DNA of 64,000 nt from the human T2T-CHM13v2.0 reference genome, Homo sapiens (GCF_009914755.1 NC_060925.1); one strand, 5' to 3'. Counted from the stretch's first letter, positions 1 to 15,894 are shown. Translations and numbers: made by a program. The notes: a model not told the origin generated them from the sequence alone.

Positions 1-1391
1 GCAAGAAAGAGAGCTGTGGATGTCTCGGGCTCCCTCCTTCTCTTCCTAACACATCAGCTTTTTATCCTGCCAGGATAATCAAACCCAAAGAGATGCTAGG
101 AAACTCCATAAGGAAAATCATCTGCAAATACAGGACCCTCGGTTAACCAAAAGTAATCAATTCCTCAGAAAAAAAAAAAGTGTTCTCTAACAAATTATCA
201 GATAGTGAGAACCCAATTTTACATTTTTAAAAAATAGGAAAAGTAAGAATACATTTCTAAGCCACGTTGATTGTATCTGTCAATCCACTGAACTGGGCAC
301 TTACAAGTTTTTCAAAGACATTCTGCTGCACCCAAGTAGCACAGCACAGCTTTTCAAACATACGATTATCTCATGTTTTATTTTCCTGTGCATAGAAAAC
401 ATGTGCATGGTGGTAGGTACATGTGCATGGCCAAGCTTACGTCTTCTATGTGGTAATGACTTTCAATATGCTTTATCACTTCCAATTTTTCTTCTTCAGG
501 AGGAAGGGCCGCTGGGGCTCACTTATTTGATTCCTGTTCTGTTCCATTCTTAGAAGGAATTGCCACTTAAAAATGTGGGGAAGACGACAAGCAAAAAAGG
601 CACAGTATGTTTAAACAGCACAAACATGAGCTGTAACGCCATCAGGTGGAACATGAATGACTCACTGAGGTCAGTGCCCTGTCCTCTTCTAGGGACGTCC
701 GGCAGCTTGAACATTTTCACTGGCTCAAACACGCCTTTTCCTTTTAGAGGCTTACAGTTTGGATAATAAATTCCAGGGAACAATTTTTACAAAACAGTAA
801 AAACTATTTGGATGTGAGAGCTCAATTCGGTTGACATTATAGCAAAATAAAAAAAAGTTATTTTGGAATTATCTTCAGTCTTCATGAGATTGTGAGAAAA
901 ACTGCAAAGTGGCTATATAAATGGTGTTCTCCTGTGGAATTGTCTTTAAACTCATGAATCAGGCAATGTTTCATAGACTCCAGGACCTGACTATATTATT
1001 TTTTAAATATATAGCGTGAAAAGGATTTTCATTTGGCAGGCAAGTGAAAAGTAGAGATCCAGTGTCTATTCTGACGCGAAGTGGTTCTTCTCTGTAATCA
1101 CACCGTTGAAGTGTTCAGAAAGGGTAAGATTCTTCTTTCCAGTTAATCATCATTTATTGACCAGTAGATTATTTTGCTTACACTAATATGCAACTGTTTT
1201 TTTAAATCCCAATATATTAATTAGTTCCTCCACTCAAAAACTTTAATCGAGTTATTTTTCAAAGATGTAAATGTACTATGTACTAAGTGAAATGTACTAA
1301 CCATAAAGAAATTATATATTATTTTAAGTGAAATTAAAGGTATCTTAACAGAACACCCAGCGGTAGAATAGCATATCAACCTTGGTCTTAC

Positions 1392-1503
1392 CCTTTAATT
1401 TCAAGGCTTCTAATACCTTTGAATCAGCTGTTACATCACTCACTAGCTTGATTTCAATATTTTGCGAAGTCAGCTGGAGCAACTTTTCAAAAAGACGTTG
1501 ACC
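1392..1503 (-). CDS. PLD5: PLD5 internal coding exon (112 bp, probably exon 4): GQRLFEKLLQLTSQNIEIKLVSDVTADSKVLEALKLK(G)
   Basis: Absent from the ORF track; translated by hand. Acceptor tttttccag|GGT, donor AAG G|gtaaga. The phase-0 start continues the previous exon (SACQ|GQRLF), as in the PLD3/4/5 family. Confidence 0.95.
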
Positions 1504-2149
1504 CTGGAAAAAATATTCAGAGACAAAGAAAGTCAGAAAACCTAAATGTTTACCAATTTAGACAGGTAAAAATAAACTCATTAAAATTAATCTATTCGTT
1601 CAAATGTTAAAAAGTCAAGCATTTCAACAACTGGTATTCAGATTTATGAAATTCTTTCAAAAGAGTTTATATCAATAGAGTAGTAGCATGAACACAGATT
1701 GCACTTTTTGGGGGGTATTGTGCAATTGAACAATTATTGCAATAAGAATTCCAATGCTACAATGCAAATCTACCCTTTTCTGCTTTTTGAATCTGTTATC
1801 TACACATGAAGAGGCAGCAAAGAAGATTAAGCAGTTGTGTTTTGGCCCAAAGAGACCTGGATTCCAGCTGGTTTTCCAATTTAAAAGCTGTTTCTTAATC
1901 TCACTAATCTCCAGTTTCTTCCTCTGCAAAATGCAGATAATATTTATATTTACTTCAAAAGGTTTTTGTGAGATTAAAGAAGTTAATAGTAAGCATTCTT
2001 TAAGAATTAGCTGTTAAGAGGGAAATTATGGTTACTAATCAGTGATTTACCTGAATTCATGTTGTTTAAATGTATTTTAATGAATTCAACTAATGTTCTG
2101 CCTAAAAATAAGTGAAATAAAAAACAAAATCAAAAATAAAAGTTTTTCA

Positions 2150-2452
2150 GCCAGGCATGGTGGTTCATGCCTCTAATCCCAGAACTTTGGGAGGCTGAGG
2201 CAGGTGGATCACTTGAGGCCAAGAGTCTGAGACCAGTCCAGCCTGGCCAACCTGGTGAAACTCTGTTTCTACTAAAAATAGAAAAATTAGCTGGGCATGG
2301 TGGTGCGCACTTTTATTCCCAGCTACTCAGGAGGCTGAGGCAGGAGAATTGCTTGAACCTGGGAGGCAGAGGTTACAGTGAACCAAGGTTGCACCAGAGC
2401 ACTCCAGCCTGGGCGACAGAACAAGAATCCATCTCAACAAACAAATAAATAA
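2150..2452 (+). mobile_element. Alu (AluS-like)
   Basis: Dimeric Alu with A-rich tail; TSD-like aataaaagtttt. Confidence 0.9.
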
Positions 2453-2759
2453 AAGTTTTATCTATGGGAGTTTCAAAAGCATATAATTTTTAGAGTAAGT
2501 TTTAATCTCAGGCAGACTGAATAACAGTAGGTCCACAGTCATTGCATTATCTCAGGTCATCAGATTGCACCATTATCCTATTTATCATCCTTTGTATGTT
2601 TTAATAGACTCCCGTCTGTCTCCTTATCATAAAAGGAAAATGGTCTTCTTGTATTGATTTTTTAGATTTTTTGCTGTTGGTTCACAAACTCAAATGCCTT
2701 CAGGAGCTAAACAGAGAATAAGGCTTTGGTCTTAATGGCCCCACAGTGGCAAGGTCTTA

Positions 2760-3205
<446 letters not shown>

Positions 3206-3659
3206 AGAGAAAAGAGAGAAAGGAAAGGAAATGGAAAGGGAAAAGGAAAAGGAAAGGGAAAGGGAAAGGGAGAAACTGAAGATCAAGACCCTGAAGCTTT
3301 AGGGTGTTAGGAGAAAGAAGCTGCCAGTGCTGAGGTCACAGCTGACAGCAGCAGGAGTATCTGGCACATCCAGCTGTGCTCTAGCCTGGAGCTGGCTGGC
3401 ATAGCCATTGCTCCATAATCCCTGGGTGTTGGACAACAGAGTGGAAGTTGCACCATTGCACCTGTGCCATGCATGGAGGCTTCCTTTTAGTTTAAACAAG
3501 CGTAGAAATAAAAGTTGCTCAAAGTGGAGCTCATTGAAAGTGATTAAATTTCTCTGTACTCCAAAAGCCTGGAGGAAGCCTCACCACAAACCAGGTATTC
3601 TGGTATGGTATGTTGAGTGCATCAGACAGTTATTAACTCCTTATTTAAAAAAGAGGCAG

Positions 3660-3960
3660 AGGCCGAGCTTATCCTTGTAATCCCAGTGCTTTGGGAGGCC
3701 AAGGTGGAAGAATCACTTGACCCCAGGAGTTCGAGACCAGCCTGGGCAATATCAGGAGACCCTGTCTCTACAAAAAGTTAAAAAAAAAAAAAAAAGCCAG
3801 GCATGATGGTGCACGCCTGTAGTCCCTGCTACTCAGGAGGATGAGGTTGTGCTTGAGCCTGGGAGTCTAAGGATGCAGTGAGCCATGATTGTGCCACTGC
3901 ACACCAGCCTGGGCAACACAGCTAGACCCCATCTCCAAAAATTAAAAAAAAAAAAAAAGA
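3660..3960 (+). mobile_element. AluJ-like
   Basis: Diverged Alu dimer; TSD aaaaagaggcag. Confidence 0.88.
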
Positions 3961-4894
3961 GGCAGGAGGGGAGAGGGAGGGTGAGAGAAAGAGACAGAGG
4001 CAACCAGAGAGACAGAGAAGGACAGGAAAGAAAAAAATGTGCTGATTTGCAGATTTTAGTGCCTTTGTAAATTTTAAATTTACTGTGTAGAGGTAGGAGC
4101 TTGGATGGTGAGAGGCTCAGGTACAGGATGTGAGGGAGAATCCACGTCAAGGGGCTTTATGGTTCTTCCACAGACAGAATTGACACCAATAATACCTCCT
4201 TTTCAGCTTTGGCACTCCTCCAAGGAGTCCATTCTACTCTTACTCCATTGAAGGTTTGGTGATGTGTGCATGGCCCAGATTTCCCGAACCTAAACTCGTG
4301 GTCATCTCACGTTCACGTAAGTTGTTTGTATTTTTCCCTTTCACACAAACAAACACTTCGTGTGTTCCGTAAGGCCCCATGGTCAGTGGGCCAGTATTTT
4401 TTGGCAAATTCATTTATTTTTTTAGTTAACAGAATATATTTGGCACCGATGAAACATTCAAGAGACCATCTAACTTATCTGTATTTCTGGCTCTGTGACT
4501 TAAATTGATTTCCACTGTGTTATTTTTGTGGGACTTAAAGACAACCAGAACTCTCACACATGAATGAAAATAGAAATTCCAAAATCTACAGATACTGGCA
4601 GACTGTCATTAAATAAAGCTTATTTTTACTTTTAGTATGTGCTGATTACTTACACCAAGGAATCCCACAATTTTTAATTATAGTGCTCACTGTAACGATC
4701 TTGGGCTTGGGTAGAGTTTCCATACTTAGGCTTGAGGTAGAATTTCTATTAAATCGTCTTCAGTGTGTTATCTCCCCATATGATAATTTTTGTTAAGACA
4801 TTCAAAATGTAATCATTTCCAAAGGTATTAAACCCTACTCTGTGCAGAGATCTGCAGTAAGGCCTCCTAATGCTTTCTGAGTTACATTCACTCA

Positions 4895-5197
<303 letters not shown>

Positions 5198-5503
5198 TCA
5201 CTCATCATTTTTTTAATAAGAAATAACAAAAGCCCCTTGGCTTTTAAACATCACCAATATAAAATCTTGCCCTTTCTAGTAAAGAACATTAGCCAACATT
5301 TCAGACTTAGATAAATTATCTCAAAGACTATCAGTGTCTCAGGAACGCTGACCTACTTTAGACCAATTTGTAAATGAAGTCTGTAAAAACCTCATGATGT
5401 ACAGTAGAGTCGTATGCAGGAAGCTGTACCCCCAAAATAGAGATCCAGCTCAGCCCCTTTGTGACTTTGAAGAGGATGCTTAATGTAGGAGACCCTTCAA
5501 TCC

Positions 5504-6007
5504 TGTAGGGGAGGAAATAAACCTGTTTCTCTACCCTCCTAGGTTCAATGGCTGGGCCCAGGAATCAAACTGATGAAAAACTATCAAGAGAGAACCAACA
5601 ACATTTTAATTATGTACACACAAAGTTTTAATTACATGCATACAAGGGAATCCAGCAAAGAAACAAGACTCAAGGAGGTTGCCGGATGATTAAGGTTTAT
5701 ATACTATCTTTGGCTAAGCAAAGGAAAATGAGTTTGGGGCTTCCAGGTGGGGAAGGCAAGTTATAAGAAGGTGAGGAGAAGTATGGTAAGTAAGGTTTGT
5801 CCTGTTATACAGGTAAGAGCCTTTCAGGTGATGACAGCTGTCTCCAGGAGTCGCTCTCTTCCTGGTACGGAGCCATCATTTTTACGCAATTAGAGAAAGG
5901 TTAAAAAAAAACTCTTCCTGCACTGCCGGTTCTCAATTCCCCATAGGTCAAAATAATCCATATGCCAAAGGGGTCTATTTTGAGGTGGCATCTTCTGGTA
6001 CCTTTCA
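5504..6007 (-). mobile_element. Solo ERV1 LTR (MER31/MER34/MER39-like)
   Basis: Minus strand starts tgaaaggtaccagaagatgccacctcaaaata...ttggcatatggattatttt, similar to the LTR start at 37398; TG...CA termini. Confidence 0.65.
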
Positions 6008-7232
6008 ATTCCAAAAGACTGGTGGGTCATAAATACTGCTTACTTCTGTTGACCCAAAACAACTGGGAGACAGGATGAAATGCCCAAACACAATGTGAAG
6101 GAAATAAGCAAAAACACCAAACAGAAACCCAAAGTCATGTTAGAGAAACTTAATTCTGAGGCTTATGTAGACTCTAGTGCTGGCTTTCAAGCTTGTTTTA
6201 GCAGTTGAACTCTTAGTGCAAATAAAAAGGTAAGCGAAACCTCTCCAATCCCTTCCTTTCCTCCCATACAGAATCCGCAGGGCTCCACAGAACACAGATG
6301 GAAAAACCACTGAATTTTACTCCACATCATAATGAGAACCTTCAGGATACTGAGATTTCCTACAAACTGAGAAGGCCGTAGCTGGAAGACCACTTAGATC
6401 AATAATCAGCCAATCTCTTCATCTTACAAACGAGGACACAGAGGTACAAGAAACTGAGTGACATGCTGATGACCACATGGCTTGCTAGTGGCAGTCAGGC
6501 CTAGAACATACATCTCTCTTCCTGATGCAACACAGTTCTCCCTGAATGATCATTTTGTTATGTTAAAGTCGGAAAAGGAAGGGGTATTCTTAAAGAAAGT
6601 TACTCCCCAGTCTCTCCCACTCTTTCCATTCCCAGCTACGGTCTAATAGACTCTCCCAAGCCAAGCAGTGCTGGGGCTGAGGGACACTCAATTACCAGCA
6701 GACTCAGGTTCTGGGGAGTCCAGAGGCCTGCAGAATAATTCTTAGCCCTATATGAGTGTTCCAGAGTTGCCTGTTCTTCAAAAGGTGGTGCAGGAGCCAA
6801 GGCCACCTCCCTAAACCCAAGGCTGGGTATATGAGGGGAGAGGCCTCCTTTGGTTGCCCCAGTGGGGAACTAGTAAACCATCCAATGCTATATCTCCAGT
6901 CTTTACCTTCCTTCACCTGAAGGATGGAAGCCACTAATAATCTGATAAAGTTAAATATCAACACATTTAAAGAGAACCAATTACAAGAAGGAAGATGCTT
7001 AACACAATGGGGACCTGGTGATACAGGCGATACAGGCTCCTGGAGAAGATGGAAGTTAGAACTAAAACACAATATGTGCACTGAAGGATGGCCAAGTGTG
7101 TCTGGTACTAATACTCGATGATTTTAGAACTAACTTAGAAGAGTAATTAAAGAAACATATGGCCATTGTTGAAGCCTGGATTAGTGGCCTGAATATCAAA
7201 TGCAAGAAATATCTCAAAGTACACATGTGCAT

Positions 7233-7234
<2 letters not shown>

Positions 7235-7297
<63 letters not shown>
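7235..7297. repeat. Compound (CA)n(GA)n microsatellite
   Basis: Directly visible. Confidence 0.97.
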
Positions 7298-7301
<4 letters not shown>

Positions 7302-7369
7302 TAAGGGGAATCAGGGGAAAAGGCTGATATATAAATAGAGGAGATACAGCATGTGGCTCATAGGCATAC

Positions 7370-8880
7370 AAAAAAGATTAGGTTTGCAAATAATACCAAA
7401 ATAAAAAAAAAATGATCCAAGTTGAGGGAAGAACTAAATCTACAAGGTGAAAAGGTACCTGAAGGTGAAGGCAAATTTGAAAAAAACTTAGAGCTATATT
7501 CTGTAAAATTACTTAACATCGAGGAGAAAGAACAACCTCTCACCAAAACAATAGTTACCCATCAAGGAAAATGAATCAGATAGACTGGCAGAGATCTAAC
7601 CAGCTGCAAGTACATGGTTGTATAGCCTATGGAAGACAAAGACTGAGGCCCAAGAATCCTTTACACACTCAAGAATGTTACCTGCCAGGGTGAAAGAAAT
7701 ATTTGCAGATATAAACAGACTTAGAGACTATCTTGCCTACTTAACCCATATGGGGAACATATTCATATTTAAAGAAAAACTGTAACCAAACAGTAAATAA
7801 CACTGAACACCATCAAAGAAGATGAGGGGAGAAGAAATAAGTGAGGAACAATACGATATGTACATGTGTTTCATGCACTCAATGTGGGTTTTTGAAATGG
7901 AAGTCACACATTACAGGGGAAGGTCTACTGAGAATCAATTACACGCATTCTCAATGGGAGCGATATTGCCCCAAAGGGACTGAAATAGTGTTACTCTTTC
8001 GATGACTAACACACAGATATACATAGAACACATATGCAGTATATCTGTGATATTATAATATCATGGGAGGCAGTATTAAGAAAAAAATATATTAGAAGGC
8101 TCCTCAGGAAGATAATAATAAAAAACAGGTTGAGAAATGCTGATCTACAATCAACAGGATAAACAATCTCAGTAAAAGTTATACGAAAAATGGAGGTGGG
8201 CTTTAAGGTATTAGATGGGAAAAAGTGGGTCATTTTTATGAAATGACACAATTTATGGTGCTTTGAGAGCTGTAAACTGAGATGTACCAAAGAGCATGGC
8301 AACTAAATATATAAAGCAAAAATTAATAGAAATGCAATTAATACACTATCACAATGTAATACTTCAAAATATATTTCTCAAAATTGGGCAGATCTAATAG
8401 AAAACAAATGAGACTATATAAAAATTATATATTATCAATAAACTTGATTATATGTATACTTTTATATACTTCTCACTCTATATATCAAATCCCCTTAAAA
8501 CAATTTTCGTTTGTGGAACATTTACAAAAATCTGTCTTGTAACTGCCATTAAGAAGCCTGAACAAAAGTTATAATGAGATATTCTATAGGCTTCATTCTC
8601 AGCTCACAATCTAAGGAAGTTAGCAACAAATCATTTACATGTTTTGTGAGTATAAAACAAATCTTATCTATTTGGAAATTTAAAACTCACTCTTAGATTG
8701 TCCTTATACCAAAGAAGAAAAGTAAATGTATGCCTTCTCTAGAAAGCTATGAATAGGTGGGTACCTCATAGCAAAACCATGAAAGGAGGCAATATCTGGT
8801 GTGGAAGGGAAATTTATAACCATAAATACCTTCAGTATTATTTTTAAAATACTATAAAATCATATTCATCATATTAACAT
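7370..8880 (+). mobile_element. Highly diverged old L1 (L1M-type) fragments, interrupted by a hAT-like element at ~7945-8145
   Basis: A-rich L1 ORF2-like text (aaatatataaagcaaaaattaatagaaatgc; ggaacatttacaaaaa; gggaaatttataaccataaatacc). Confidence 0.5.
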
Positions 8881-8955
8881 GGTAGAGGCATAAGAATGTA
8901 TAAATATAGAAGGGAACTTAATAGATAATCCAGAAATGGTATGCACAAGATTTTT

Positions 8956-9425
8956 TGTTTGTTTTTTTTTCTTTTTTAATTTTTAAGTTCTGGGATACAT
9001 GTGCAGAACGTGCAGGTTTGTTACATAGGTATACATGTGCCATGGTGGTTTGCTGCACCTGTCAACCCATCATCTGGGTTTTAAGGCCGGCATGCATTAG
9101 GTATTTGTCCTAATGCTCTCCCTCCCCTTGCCCCCCATCCCCCAACAGGCCCTGGCATGTGATGTTCCCCTCCCTGTGTCCATGTGTTCTCATTGTTTGA
9201 ATCCCACTTATGAATGAGAACATGTGGTGTTTTGTTTTCTGTTCCTGTGTTAGTTTGCTGAGAATGATGGCTTCTAGCTTCATCCATGTCCCTGCAAAGG
9301 ACATGAACTCATTCTTTTTTATGGCTGCATAGTATTCCATGGTGTATATGTGCCATATTTTCTTTATCCAGTCTATCATTGATGGGCATTTGGGTTGGTT
9401 CCAAGTCTTTGCTATTGTAAATAGA
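8956..9425 (-). mobile_element. 5'-truncated L1PA (L1PA7/8-like) 3' end
   Basis: Poly-T, L1 3'UTR and ORF2 C-terminus (AKTWNQPKCPSMIDWIKKIWHIYTMEYYAAIKK); TSD gcacaa(g/t)attttt. Confidence 0.92.
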
Positions 9426-9631
9426 GGCACAATATTTTTATCAATAAAAAGACGCTATTTTAATTCAGTTCGAAACAGTTAAAAAGGTTTAATCCGGCAC
9501 ATATGAAGGGACCTCTATATTATATTACAAATAAAAATGTGTTTCCAGTCAGAATTAGTACACACTAATACTTTCAAAAAAATCCAGGCAATGATGTGCA
9601 CTGTCTTGGAATGGGGGAACCTTAATCAGGC

Positions 9632-10142
9632 TGTTAGCAGGCTAAAAAATGGCTCCCCAAAGATAGTGCATCTGAATCTCTGGAGCCTGTCAATGTTACC
9701 TTATTTGGAAATAGGGTCTTTGCAGACATTATTAAATTAAGGATCTTATGATGGGGGATTATCCTGGATTATCTGAGGATAATCCTAAATACAATCACAA
9801 GTGTACTTATAAGAGATGGGCAAAAGGGGATTTGACACAACTAGAGGAGAAGACACTGTGAAGATGGAGCAGGAAGAGAATGGAAGATGCTGGCCTTGAA
9901 GGCTGGAAGGTGCAGCAGCAAGCCAAGGAATGCCAGAAGCCACCAGGAGCTGGGAGAGCCGAGGAATGCTGGCAGGCTCTGGAGCCACTGGAGGGAGCAT
10001 CACCCTCTGACACCTTGGTTTTGATCCGGGGAAACTGATTTCGGGCTTCCTACCTCCAGGTCTGTAAGAAAATAAATTTCTGTTTCTTAAACCAAAAAGT
10101 CCATGGCAATTTGTTACAGTAGCCACAGGAAATGAATATACA
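9632..10142 (+). mobile_element. MaLR solo LTR (MLT1D/E-like)
   Basis: atgttaccttatttggaaatagggtctttgcagac ... aaataaatttctgtttcttaaacc ... gtagccacaggaaatgaatataca. Confidence 0.8.
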
Positions 10143-10319
10143 AGCCAGCTATATAAAAGTAATAAAAGAGAATACAGACATATAGAATTATAACATATTT
10201 AAATAAATTATACTGCAAAAGATACTACAAAGTTAATAAGAAAATCTGGAATAAATATTTGCTACACAAATGAGAGATGAAGGGATAATAGCTGTACTCT
10301 ACAAAATGTGTTAAAAATT

Positions 10320-10460
10320 GGCTAGGTGCAGTGCTTACGCCTATAATCCCAGTGCTTTGGAAGGCCATGTGGGGGCGGAGGATCACTTGAGGCCAAGAGT
10401 TTGAGACCAGCCTGGACAACATAGTGAGGGTCTGTTTCTATCAAACAAAAATAATAAAAG
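10320..10460 (+). mobile_element. Alu left monomer (FLAM/AluJ fragment)
   Basis: Single Alu arm with A tail. Confidence 0.8.
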
Positions 10461-10525
10461 TCCTAAAGCCCAGTAAAATGCAGGCAAAGTATGAGAACAG
10501 TCAATGACTAAGAAAAGCAAGCCTT

Positions 10526-10830
<305 letters not shown>

Positions 10831-11584
10831 CTATGGCCAACAGACATAGGGAGATGCTTTTTGTAATCAAGGAAGCTCAAAGCAGCACAATAAAGAGACC
10901 TTTCTTTGTACTCAAAGAGACTGAAAAACATTTAAGAGTGTCAACACTTCCTCTCGTCAGAGATTTGGAGATTTGGGGAAATGATACTCTGACATATCGG
11001 CTTTCTTCCACCCAGGAATCCTACACCTAGAAATCTATCCCAGGGAAACATAAGCGCCCAATTGCAGAAGAGTTTATCTTGGATATACCATTATCCTACT
11101 TACACACATATATATATGTGTGTGTATACGTGCATATAAAGTTTAAGTGAAAATTAAAAAGGAAATATAACTGATTGAACATATTAAACATTTGATGCTA
11201 TAGTCTTAAGAAAATAAGATTTAGGATTTAAGTCAAAGTGTTCTTTTGAAGCAATATACTAGCATTGATTTTTTTTTTAATTTATGACCTAAGAGGAAAG
11301 ATCATATGATATATGAATATATATTCATATTCATATAGATATGAATCCCCTTTGGGCTTAATTCATTAGTTTAATCAATTAGTTAAATTTGCTATAAGAT
11401 TGATATTTATTTATTTATATTACTTATATTTATTTACTTACTTATATCTTACTGAATTTTTAGTTTGTAGGATATACAAAGTTTGCCACAGATATAAGTA
11501 TGAAGGTTATTTCCTTGTATATTTGTCAGTGTTAGCCTTTATTCTCAAATGACCTTGGATAAAGAGAAGTGACTTTTAGGCCAA

Positions 11585-12090
11585 TTCATTCAAAGCATTT
11601 ATTTACTGGTTGCTTCCTATGTGTCAGCGACCTGAAAGTACTAGTGATATTCAAGGAGAATATGTAGATGACAGATAAGCAAATACAGCCCAATATTCCA
11701 AATTCCAGGATGGAGGAAGACAGAGCAAGGGAAAAGCATAGCATGGCATCAATAATCCAGCATAAGGCCTCAGGGAAAGTTCCCCAAAGAAAGGTAGGGA
11801 AGAAAGAATGTTCCAGGTGGAGCCTATGGCAGAATCCAGAAAGCAGGCAGGAGACAGGAGAGATAAATGGGGTCACATGATGAAGGGCCTTGTAAGACGC
11901 ATTGAAGAGTTTGGATCTCATCTGGAAGACAATGTGGACCCTCTGAAGCATTTAACCCAGTGAAGGACACAATCACGTTTTTGTTCTAAGAAAAGAACTC
12001 GGACTGCAAATTGGGGAATGATAGTTACAGGGGAGAACTGGAGACTGAAAGAGCAATGAGGTTGGTGAAATAGGGAAGTATCAATTGCAA
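11585..12090 (-). mobile_element. L2 fragment
   Basis: ttcattcaaagcatttatttactg...cctatgtg (L2 3' end on the minus strand) and typical L2 body. Confidence 0.65.
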
Positions 12091-12109
12091 TGAAAAAAAA
12101 CTGGAAAGA

Positions 12110-12387
12110 GCTGGGTGTGCTGGCTCATGCCTGTAATCACAACCACTTGGTCAGGCCAGGCAGGAGGATCACTTGAGGCTTGGAGCTGGAGACCAGCCTG
12201 AGCAATATAACCAGACACATTTCTAAAAATATTTAAAAACATCAGCTGGGCATGGTGGCACAGACCTATAGTTCTAGCTACTTCAGAGGCTGAGGCAGGA
12301 TTGCTTGAACCCAGGAGGATAAAGCTGAAGGTGAGCTTATGATTGTGCCACTGCTGCCCAGCCTGGGCAACAAAGCAAGACCTTTTT
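12110..12387 (+). mobile_element. AluJ-like followed by an AT-rich (TA)n-like tract to ~12530
   Basis: Diverged Alu dimer. Confidence 0.85.
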
Positions 12388-13724
12388 CATATATTCATAT
12401 ATATATGAATATTTAAATATGTATTAATATTTAAAATTATATATAAATTATATATACATATTGTATACATTTGTATATATACATTTGTATATATACACAA
12501 ATTATATATATATGTATATGAATATTTATAAATTGGAAAGAATCCAGGTATTGTTTATGAGATAACACAGTGATGAACCTGCTGATTAGGCTTGGAGCTT
12601 AAGAGAGAGAGGGGAATTGGAGTGGTGGCCAGAATATGCAAATAGTTCTAAGGATGTGCCAGGAGAAATATGGAATTCCTTATCCCAAACCCAGAAGATA
12701 GCGGCCGCTTCATCTCTTCACAGATGTCCCAATGGATCAATCAGAGCTTTAGGAGTTCAGTGCCACAGACCCAGCACCTTGATTGACAGTACTCATTTTT
12801 TGGCAATGAGCCACAAGGAATATCTGCTTGAAACCAGTGGAGAGTATCTGGCGTGGAGGCATGCAGGCTGCCTGTCCATTCATCATAACAGGCTCCACCT
12901 CATTAGAGGATTTAATGAGTCTGAACAGTTCATCATCAAGGCCTTGCTTAATGATGGTTATCTCAATGATGCACCCTGTGGGCATAAACATAGCCATCCC
13001 TGTCAGGGACAGATGAAGAGAGATGAATATGCTCATCATGCCAATCACGGGCCAGGAAATAGCAAGAGATTAATATCAGAAGCAGGAGGCTGGTAACCAG
13101 GCTCTCGGCGGCTGGAATCCTACAGTAGCTGAAAATTACCTGTGGGGTTGCTCGAGCGTCCACTCTGGCTGCAGAGGGGACAGACAACATTATCTTGGTA
13201 CTGCCTTTCAGCAGTGTCTGGAAGAGCACAGCATCCACAGCCTGGCATCATTCCTTTGCTCCAGGGGAAAGAGGGGAGACCAAGGCAAGAAAGGAACACC
13301 AGAATGTGCCAAATATCCCCAATGCTTCCACAATCACTTATTCCAGGTGGGAAGAGGACCCCACGCAGAATGGACAGAGAATTCCTTCAAAACCTCACTG
13401 CAGTGAGATTCCAGCATCCTCAGGGAAAAGCCATGAGAACTTGCCACATGCTCCCTAAATATTCCATGGTCTTAACAAGGCAGCTCAGATACCCTATCCT
13501 TACATTTTGAGAATTGATCTTGAGCAAATGGACAGTAAGAAAAAAAACGCACAGATATTTACTGCAGCAGCTCATTCAGAAAAAGGGGGAAAAGATAAAT
13601 GCTTAAATGTCCAATAGAGGGAAATAGTTATATTAACTTAACCTGGTAAGTCCAATACATTGTATGTTATGCAGCCAATTAAAATATGTTTACCAGTGTT
13701 TCTAATAAAATGGAAAGATGCTTA

Positions 13725-14109
<385 letters not shown>

Positions 14110-15369
14110 TTATGCATGAAATATCAAACTGTCAAAAACTTTTTTTGTTGGCGGCCATTTGGAGGATTTGGTTTCTCTCTCATTTCTCCATAGTTTCCAA
14201 ATTTTTGATCGTGAGAGGTTCTTACTAATGACAAAGGAAAAAATCTGACCTATTCGAGTGAAAGTACCAAAAAAAATGGTCATAGAAAAATAGGAAAAAC
14301 ACAAATGAAGATACAGAGAAAAAATAAACCAGCATACAAGCAAGCAAACTCAGATAAGACAATCTTAAAGAAAGTAATTAATACGAACAATTAGAAGGCA
14401 TATCTTAGGTTCATGATTTATTCATGGCCATATGATTGGATTTAAAAGGAATCATAGAGGTTAAACTCTTACTAATGATAATGCTTATGAGTTTATATTA
14501 GAATAATGATTTCCCATAGAAATATGTTGGAAAGCAAGCAAGAACATAATCAGGATTACTCAACAGATGGGGAAATGGCAGCATGAAGCAGCAGCAGGAA
14601 CATACCAAGAAAAAACAGGACCAAAATCCACCGTGTGAGCTCTGCTGCACAGTTCAAAAGCAGAGGTAATCCTGCATGAGCCAATTTGCTGAGAGCACCC
14701 CTCAGTGTTGTTCTACTATGCTGTATCGTTATAAATGGTTTTATGTTTGTCTGTCTCCCTCACCACACTTTGAGCTCTATGGAGGTAGCGACCCTTGCTT
14801 ATTTGATTTTCTATCCCCAGCAAATAGCACAGCACCTTGATAAATGTTTGTTCAATAAAGGCACATTTAACATCATTTTGTTGCCACATTTAAAATGGGA
14901 GGATGCTAATTAACAAATAAGCATTTGCTGAGTGTTGATTCTGTGGAGCAGGGAATAGATGTTACTTTGAAATAAAGGGGCACTCTTTCCGTGAGGTTAT
15001 GCTGTCTTTATGCTGACACTGTACCAGGAGTTCTACTGATATCATATGCAGCCTGGAGATGAAAAGGCTGAAGGTAATCTACTGTTTCAAACCAAAAAGC
15101 AATCACTGAGCTCCATTTTGTTACTGGTGGTACGCTGGACAATAACACCAGCAGGATAAATACGACGTGGGTCCTAGAGTCCAGGGCTATGTGGAATATC
15201 CAAGTACAAGCTGCTACTCATTTACATCACTACTGAGGGAACAATTGCAATCACAGGATTAATTTGAAACACACAAAGTTAGGTTGACAAACTGGGGTAG
15301 GGACCAACCTGGCCCGATCTTGGAACCTATGAAAGTTGAACAATGTTTATTAGACCGGGATGGTTTAAA

Positions 15370-15894
<525 letters not shown>

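Noticed and set aside
9081-9430. ORFs resembling the L1 ORF2 C-terminus (also 31449-31948 and 32223-32453)
   Set aside because: 5'-truncated, frameshifted L1 remnants, not functional CDS.
11101-12530. 20-22 bp AT-rich palindromes (atatgaatatatattcatat and similar)
   Set aside because: Expected by-product of (TA)n low-complexity sequence.
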